Positions 44,540 to 50,234 of a stretch of 50,234 nucleotides of DNA are shown here, piece by piece (position 1 is the first letter of the stretch; each line of letters begins with the position of its first letter). The stretch lies in assembly GCA_049241065.1 (NCBI GenBank), contig JBMLRK010000446.1, positions 1,431-51,664 on the forward strand, in the 5' to 3' direction. The translations under genes and the position numbers were made by a program. Origin of the DNA: Spirosomataceae bacterium (GTDB taxonomy: Bacteria > Bacteroidota > Bacteroidia > Cytophagales > Spirosomataceae). A model generated the notes under the pieces. That model made no database searches. It was given only the letters and a program-made list of their open reading frames with translations, and was not told the DNA's origin.

Positions 44540-44576
44540 CACAGAGTTATGCAAAGAACCGCAAAGTTACACAGAG
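44540..44576. repeat. Symmetric word array CACAGAG-tta-tGCAAAG-aac-cGCAAAG-tta-CACAGAG
   Basis: Read directly: CACAGAG at 44540 and 44570, GCAAAG at 44551 and 44561. Confidence 0.5.
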
Positions 44577-44643
44577 AATAAATCGTTACTGACTATTTAC
44601 TAGCCACTAATCAGCTTTATTGTAATCTATTACACAAAATTAA

Positions 44644-45177
44644 ATGCACAGAAATCAACTTTTATCGCTTCTTGAACAACACGTTCCTTTTACGGAAGAA
44701 GAAGCGATTTTTACCAAAGAAATTACACAATTTGTCAAAGAAAACCCCGCTTGTTTTGAACGGAGTTTATTGATTGGACACGTAACGGGTTCGGCTTGGA
44801 TTGTGGATAAATCTCGTACTTATACCCTGTTAACGCACCACCGAAAACTAGACAAATGGTTTCAGACGGGTGGACATTGCGACGGCGATATCGACGTACT
44901 AAACGTTGCATTAAAAGAAGCTCAGGAAGAAACAGGATTACAACATATTAGCATTATTAGTCCTGCCATTTTTGATATAGACATCCACGAAATTCCTGAA
45001 CGAAAAGGCGTTCCTGCTCACTTGCACTATGACGTTCGCTTTTTGTTTGAAGCCGATAAAGACGAGCCTATTATCGTTTCAGAAGAATCTAACGATTTAG
45101 CTTGGGTAAAACTTTCGGAAGTGAAACATCATAACGATAGTCAGTCGATGTTACGGATGGTCGATAAGCTCCATTGA
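44644..45177 (+). CDS. NUDIX hydrolase
   Basis: 177 aa with Nudix box GGHCDGDIDVLNVALKEAQEETGL. Confidence 0.85.
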   Translation: MHRNQLLSLLEQHVPFTEEEAIFTKEITQFVKENPACFERSLLIGHVTGSAWIVDKSRTYTLLTHHRKLDKWFQTGGHCDGDIDVLNVALKEAQEETGLQHISIISPAIFDIDIHEIPERKGVPAHLHYDVRFLFEADKDEPIIVSEESNDLAWVKLSEVKHHNDSQSMLRMVDKLH

Positions 45178-45738
45178 GAATTTAACAGGAAGCTCGGGTA
45201 CTTCATTGTATGCTCGAGCTTTCTTGATTTTATCCACAACCTCCATTCCAGAAACCACTTCCCCTACTACGGTATAAATGCCGTTAAACTTTTCGGCTTG
45301 CTCGGTGTCCGTTACAATGAAAAATTCCGATGATGACGTATCTAATTTAGGATTCTCTTTTATATCATATTGAGCCATCGACACAGCCCCTCTTTTGTGG
45401 GTATAGTTGGGTAATACTTCCGTTGGAATATCATAATCTAATCCATACCAACCAGCTCCTCCTTGAATTGCCGTTTCATAGACATTCCGATAAAAATAAC
45501 GTTCGCTATAGAAACCACCTTTTACCAGACGGATAAAATTGGCTCGATGCAAAGGGGTTTCATCATAAAGACGAATCGTAAAGTTCCCTTCACGAGTGGT
45601 AACTACAATCGTTTTTTCGGGGTTCTTCTTTCCAAATTCTTTCAAAGTCGTAACAGGGTCTTCACCAAAAAGACGCAAATCTTGCTTGCAAGAAACACAA
45701 AGAGTGATGAGAATGAAAAAACAAGCTATTTTATACAT
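45151..45738 (-). CDS. Cyclophilin-type peptidyl-prolyl cis-trans isomerase (lipoprotein)
   Basis: 195 aa. LCVSC lipobox, FYRNV..AIQGG, GAVSMAQ and SEFFIV cyclophilin motifs. Confidence 0.9.
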   Translation of the reverse strand: MYKIACFFILITLCVSCKQDLRLFGEDPVTTLKEFGKKNPEKTIVVTTREGNFTIRLYDETPLHRANFIRLVKGGFYSERYFYRNVYETAIQGGAGWYGLDYDIPTEVLPNYTHKRGAVSMAQYDIKENPKLDTSSSEFFIVTDTEQAEKFNGIYTVVGEVVSGMEVVDKIKKARAYNEVPELPVKFSMELIDHP

Positions 45739-45811
45739 ATATGGATTCTTTTTCTGAACTGCAAATTAGTGATTTTAGCCACAAACTTGGATACATTTGT
45801 CACAATAAAAC

Positions 45812-45844
45812 AAAAAAACTGCCAGTGAAAACTGACAGTTTTTA
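45812..45844 (-). terminator. Terminator after the MFS gene
   Basis: AACTGCCAGT-gaaa-ACTGACAGTT (9/10 bp), flanked by A7 and T-runs. Confidence 0.65.
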
Positions 45845-45871
45845 TTTTATTACTATAAATCAAATAACAAA

Positions 45872-47086
45872 TTAATGTGCTGCCTGACGCTTACGCATGA
45901 TGAAGAATAAAGCGATGAAGGCTAAAATTAGAATGAACGGGAATACCGCCATGTTATCTAAGGTTGCCTGTCCTGCTGCCAATTCTAAGTCATTACCCGT
46001 CAAACCTTTTGCTCCTGCTGCTGCTTTTTCATCGTCTAACCATTTACCAATAATTGGTTGGAAGATAGACGTAGAGAACATCCCCATACCTCCTAAAATA
46101 GATAGACCAAAAGCACCTGTACGTGGTAAGTTTTCAGCTACAAAACCAATCATCGTTGGCCAGAAATAACATACACCGATTGCAAAAATAACCGCAGATA
46201 CATAGACCATTGGCCCTGTTGCCTGAGCCATTAAAACCACCCCGATTGTAGCAAAAATAGCCGAACCTAATAATACCCCTGTTGGGTTGAAACGGTGAAC
46301 GATTGGCCCTGCAAAATAACGACCTACTGCCATTAAGCCTGTCACCAATGCCAAAATTAACATCGGACTAGCACCTGCTTTTCCTAAAACTGGTCCAATC
46401 CATTGCTCTGGTCCGAATTCAGAAATTGCTGTAAGAGCCATACATACCAACATGAAAATATATAAAGGAGATAACATTGCTTTGAAGTTTTCTCCTGTAG
46501 AAATCGCACCTTCGTCTTGACTTTCAGGGAATGCTTGTCCTAAGAAGGTAAACGCATACGCTAAAGCAGGAATCAAGATAATACCAATTTGTATTTGCCA
46601 GCCCATACCCGCAGAAGTCATAAACTCAGATAATAAACTTGCAATAACGATACCTCCAGGGAACCACATGTGGAAACGGTTCAACATTTTTGTTTTTTCG
46701 TTGCCTTCAAACATATCCGAAATCATTGGATTACAGGCTGCTTCAACAGTACCATTACCAAAACCTACAAAGAATGTTGAAATCAATAACGACCAGAAGC
46801 CACTTGAAAAGATTGTTAATACCAAGCCTAATACGTGTGTAATAAAAGCTACCCAAACAATTTTTTTAGGCCCAAGTACATTGTACAAAGGTCCACCAAT
46901 AATCATTGCGATTGGAAACCCTAAAAAGGCCATTTGGTTTACATAACCTAAGTGTTCTGAATCTAACTGAAACTCAGCTCCAAGTTGAGTAAGAACACCA
47001 GCTCTAATTCCAAAAGCCATGGATGTGGTAATCAAGGCAAAGCAACTACCGATAAAAAGTCTGTTTCTGTTAACAGTCTGTGACAT
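45872..47086 (-). CDS. MFS transporter (sugar-type, FucP/GluP-like)
   Basis: 404 aa, about 12 TM helices, neighbouring sugar oxidoreductase genes. Confidence 0.82.
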   Translation of the reverse strand: MSQTVNRNRLFIGSCFALITTSMAFGIRAGVLTQLGAEFQLDSEHLGYVNQMAFLGFPIAMIIGGPLYNVLGPKKIVWVAFITHVLGLVLTIFSSGFWSLLISTFFVGFGNGTVEAACNPMISDMFEGNEKTKMLNRFHMWFPGGIVIASLLSEFMTSAGMGWQIQIGIILIPALAYAFTFLGQAFPESQDEGAISTGENFKAMLSPLYIFMLVCMALTAISEFGPEQWIGPVLGKAGASPMLILALVTGLMAVGRYFAGPIVHRFNPTGVLLGSAIFATIGVVLMAQATGPMVYVSAVIFAIGVCYFWPTMIGFVAENLPRTGAFGLSILGGMGMFSTSIFQPIIGKWLDDEKAAAGAKGLTGNDLELAAGQATLDNMAVFPFILILAFIALFFIMRKRQAAH

Positions 47087-47504
47087 AATGCGTGTGTTTA
47101 TGATTTAGTTGAAAAGGGATTCAAATTAGTTAAATTGTTGGGGTATTTACCTAATGATATTTTTTACTCTAAGATATAAAACCCATCAGGTTATACCTTT
47201 TATGAAAGAAAAAAATAGTTCGCTGTCAAATAGTCAATAAAAATATCAATAAAAAATCTCCCAAAAGAACAAAAATATTTTGAGATTATCTGCACAGGTT
47301 TATCAGTATTTTCTGTTTAATTTGTCCAAAGACAAGGTAAATCAGGGTTAAAAACCGCTGTTTTATAATTACATTTGTTTAAAATATAACTCAAAAGTAC
47401 TAATTTATCATTTTGATACATTAGATTTGGAATAAAATTATTTTAATATTTGATATTCCTTTACAAAGACGAAAGAATTACCGTATAAATCCGAATCGTT
47501 AACA

Positions 47505-48713
47505 ATGGCAAGAAAAATTAGAATGGGCATGATTGGTGGAAGCCTAGAAGCTTTCATCGGTGCAGTTCATCGTCGTGGGGCTGCTCTCGACGGGCAAATT
47601 GAATTAGTTTGTGGAGCATTCAGTTCAAATCCAGAAAAATCAAAGGCAACTGGCGATGCACTATTCCTACCAGAAGACCGTGTTTATGGTTCTTTTGAAG
47701 AAATGATTTTGAAAGAAAAAGAACTTCCAGAAGGCGAACGAATGGATTTTGTTTCGATTGTAACGCCTAATCACGTGCATTTTCCTGCGGCAAAATTTGC
47801 TCTTGAAAATGGGTTTCACGTGGTGATGGACAAGCCAATTACCCTCAATATGGAGGAAGCTAAAGAATTAGCTGTCATTGTCGAAAAATCAGGTCTTCTA
47901 TTTGCTTTAACTCATAACTATACGGGCTATCCGATGGTGAAAGAAGCTCGTCAACTCATCAAGTCGGGAGCAATTGGCGAAATCCGTAAAGTAATTGTGG
48001 AATATCCACAAGGGTGGCTCTCTCAGTTGGTAGAAGCTACAGGACAAAAACAAGCGGCTTGGCGTACAGACCCTGCTCGTAGTGGTGCTGCGGGTGGTAT
48101 TGGTGATATTGGTACACATGCCGAAAACCTTGCCGAGTATATCACAGGCTTAAAAATCACTGAGCTTTGTGCCGACATTAGTATTTTCGTAGAAGGTCGT
48201 CAGCTAGATGACGATGCCAATATTTTACTTCGTTTTGATAACGGTGCGAAAGGCGTTTTACATAACAGTCAAATCTGTAATGGCGAAGAAAACGATTTGA
48301 ACATTCGTGTTTATGGTGAGTTTGGTGGTCTAAAATGGAAGCAGATGGATCCCAATACACTTATTTTGACCAATCAAGAAAATGGTTCTCGTATTATTCG
48401 TACAGGAGTAGGAAACTTATCTGCACAAGCACAAGCACATACCCGCCAACCAGCAGGACACCCAGAAGGTTACATCGAAACATTCGCTAATATTTACCGC
48501 AATTTTACCTACGCACTTCGTGCAAAATGGGGTGCTGAAAGTCAGGCAGGTGCTATTGGCGGACTAGGTAAAGAAACAGGAGTTGATGAGGGTTATAACC
48601 CAGAAATGTATGATTTCCCAGGCGTAGAAGAAGGACTTCGTGGGATGGGTTTCATCAATACCGTACTCAAATCTGCTCAGTCCGAAGAAAAATGGACTAA
48701 GTTTGAAATCTAG
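47505..48713 (+). CDS. Gfo/Idh/MocA-family NAD(P)-dependent oxidoreductase
   Basis: 402 aa. N-terminal Rossmann IRMGMIGGS, the MDKPIT (EKP-type) motif and a C-terminal alpha/beta dimerisation domain. Confidence 0.88.
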   Translation: MARKIRMGMIGGSLEAFIGAVHRRGAALDGQIELVCGAFSSNPEKSKATGDALFLPEDRVYGSFEEMILKEKELPEGERMDFVSIVTPNHVHFPAAKFALENGFHVVMDKPITLNMEEAKELAVIVEKSGLLFALTHNYTGYPMVKEARQLIKSGAIGEIRKVIVEYPQGWLSQLVEATGQKQAAWRTDPARSGAAGGIGDIGTHAENLAEYITGLKITELCADISIFVEGRQLDDDANILLRFDNGAKGVLHNSQICNGEENDLNIRVYGEFGGLKWKQMDPNTLILTNQENGSRIIRTGVGNLSAQAQAHTRQPAGHPEGYIETFANIYRNFTYALRAKWGAESQAGAIGGLGKETGVDEGYNPEMYDFPGVEEGLRGMGFINTVLKSAQSEEKWTKFEI

Positions 48714-48937
48714 GATTGGGAGTAATGATGCAAAATTTTGGATGTTGAATTTTGGATTAAACATCATAGCTATTAGTTTTTATAGCGAACATAAATATCG
48801 ACTAATTTTATATTCACGTTTCTTGTAAAGACTTAATCACCAGTTCATTAAATCCAAAATTTAAAATTCATAATTTAACATTACTACTTATCTGTTGCAA
48901 CCATCAAGAATTTTATCCCTTTTAAAAACATAAACTC

Positions 48938-50086
48938 ATGTCAAAAATTAAAGTAGGTGTAGTCGGAACAGGTTTTATTGGTCCCGCTCACATCGAAGCA
49001 TTAAGAAGATTACCAAACGTTGAAGTAACAGCTCTTTGCGAAGTAAACATCGAATTAGCGACTGCCAAAGCAGCTCAATTGGGTATCGAACGCCCTTGTA
49101 CATTTGAGCAACTATTGGCGATGGAAGATATTGCTTGTGTGCATATCTGTACGCCTAACTTCTTGCACTATTCGCAATCAAAAGCGGCTTTATTGGCAGG
49201 AAAACACGTGGTTTGTGAAAAACCATTGGCAAAAGATTTACACGAAGCAGAAGAATTAGTAGCTCTTGCTAAAGAAACAGGCTTAGTAAATGCCGTTCAC
49301 TTCAACTTGCGTTATTACCCATTGGTTCGTCAAATGAAAACCATGCGTGAGAAAGGTGATTTAGGAGATGTCTATTCGGTAATTGGCTCCTACTTACAAG
49401 ATTGGTTGTTTTACAATACCGATTATAACTGGCGTTTAGAACCAGATAAATCAGGAGATTCTCGTGCAATTGCTGATATTGGTTCTCACTTGATGGACAT
49501 TATCGAATATATCACAGGCTTGAAAACGACAGAAGTAATGGCGGATTTCAACACGGTTCATAAAACTCGTAAGAAACCGTTGAAGCCTGTAGAAACGTAT
49601 TCTGGTAAAATGTTACAACCAGAAGATTATGCAGACGTAGAAATCACAACGGAAGATACCGCTAACGTATTGTTGCGTTTCGACAATGGAAACAAAGGAT
49701 TAGTAACCGTTTCTCAAGTTTCAGCAGGACGTAAAAACCAATTGAAATTAGAGATTTCGGGTTCTAACCAAACCTTTGCTTTCAACTCAGAAGCTCCAAA
49801 TGAAATCTGGATTGGTAATCGTGACGGTTATAACCAGTCATTAATGCGTGACCCATCGTTGGCCTATCCAGAAGCACGTGCTTTGATGACTTTCCCTGGT
49901 GGACACAACGAAGGTTTCCCTGATACTTCAAAACAATTATTCAAAGAGGTATATGCCGCTATTGAAGCAGGTCAAATGCCAGAAAATGCTCCATTCCCGA
50001 CGTTTGCAGACGGTTACAGAGAGTTATTAATCTGCGAAAGAATCTTAGACAGCCACAGAAACCAAAGCTGGGTGAAAGTGATCTAA
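48938..50086 (+). CDS. Gfo/Idh/MocA-family NAD(P)-dependent oxidoreductase
   Basis: 382 aa with KVGVVGTGFIG and CEKPLA motifs. Confidence 0.88.
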   Translation: MSKIKVGVVGTGFIGPAHIEALRRLPNVEVTALCEVNIELATAKAAQLGIERPCTFEQLLAMEDIACVHICTPNFLHYSQSKAALLAGKHVVCEKPLAKDLHEAEELVALAKETGLVNAVHFNLRYYPLVRQMKTMREKGDLGDVYSVIGSYLQDWLFYNTDYNWRLEPDKSGDSRAIADIGSHLMDIIEYITGLKTTEVMADFNTVHKTRKKPLKPVETYSGKMLQPEDYADVEITTEDTANVLLRFDNGNKGLVTVSQVSAGRKNQLKLEISGSNQTFAFNSEAPNEIWIGNRDGYNQSLMRDPSLAYPEARALMTFPGGHNEGFPDTSKQLFKEVYAAIEAGQMPENAPFPTFADGYRELLICERILDSHRNQSWVKVI

Positions 50087-50133
50087 GGTTTTAATTGTGA
50101 GTTAGTGATTTGTGAATTGTGGTTGAGTGGGTT

Positions 50134-50178
50134 AAAAAGAATGATGAACAAGGTGTATATTTGTTCATCATTCTTTTT
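50134..50178 (+). terminator. Rho-independent terminator
   Basis: Perfect 15-bp arms AAGAATGATGAACAA / TTGTTCATCATTCTT with a 9-nt loop and a T-run. Confidence 0.85.
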
Positions 50179-50201
50179 AAAAATTGTGAATCAATTCAAA
50201 T

Positions 50202-50234
50202 ATGAAAATCAAGAGCGTTCAACTGAAAAACTTC
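50202..50234 (+). CDS. 5' end of an unidentified gene (MKIKSVQLKNF...), truncated by the window
   Basis: The ATG follows the terminator. The first 11 codons resemble N-termini of RecF/SMC/OLD-like AAA ATPases, but 11 residues cannot establish this. Confidence 0.25.
   Translation, partial: MKIKSVQLKNF

Noticed and set aside
45151-45177. 27-nt convergent 3' overlap of the NUDIX and cyclophilin genes
   Set aside because: Short convergent overlaps are common in compact genomes. There is no extra structure or signal, so this probably only means the two genes share a terminator-less junction.
47087-47504. Divergent MFS / Gfo-Idh-MocA promoter region searched for an operator; TAnnTTTG matches at 47370..47377 and 47422..47429
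   Set aside because: Only weak 5..6-bp dyads were seen. Chance TAnnTTTG matches are expected at roughly one per kb or more in DNA this AT-rich, so I do not call promoters or operators here.
1-50234. CRISPR arrays, rRNA genes, additional tRNAs, riboswitch-like leaders, transposases
   Set aside because: I scanned by eye for regularly spaced direct repeats, GTTCGA-type T-arms and conserved rRNA words. Only the single tRNA-Leu at 41302..41383 was found. Absence of small ncRNAs cannot be proven without covariance-model searches.

Overview
AT-rich chromosomal segment from a Bacteroidota organism. The evidence is three SusC/SusD pairs, many lipoproteins, TAnnTTTG-type -7 boxes and a Bacteroidota-style ClpP N-terminus; the exact taxon cannot be set from sequence alone. 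I call about 37 protein genes and one tRNA-Leu(UAG). Most are housekeeping: exbD (partial), dnaX, proA, cmk, adenine deaminase, clpX, clpP, tig, a cyclophilin PPIase and a NUDIX hydrolase. There are also sugar-uptake and oxidation genes: an SSS symporter with a mutarotase-like gene, and an MFS transporter with two Gfo/Idh/MocA oxidoreductases. Main finding: a ~16 kb, seven-gene, single-strand operon (23686..39251, minus strand) sits between tig and clpP-clpX. It holds two SusC/SusD pairs and three multi-domain fasciclin (FAS1) lipoproteins, with no enzyme, regulator or mobility gene. It looks like an uncharacterised outer-membrane capture and import system. Other observations: (1) a candidate -1 programmed frameshift site in dnaX (A_AAA_AAG, GGAGG 10 nt upstream, -1 stop two codons later); (2) a two-copy MITE-like element with imperfect terminal inverted repeats, one copy overlapping a stop codon; (3) sequence-related strong hairpins in two SusC-SusD intergenic gaps; (4) a yefM-yoeB module with TGTACA operators overlapping a -7 box; (5) an orphan BlaI-family repressor with tandem AACTA-N6-TAGTT dyads; (6) a 1080-aa beta-propeller/Omp85-like outer-membrane protein. 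No CRISPR array, rRNA, transposase or integrase was seen. All function calls rest on motif recognition in the supplied translations; no database search was run.
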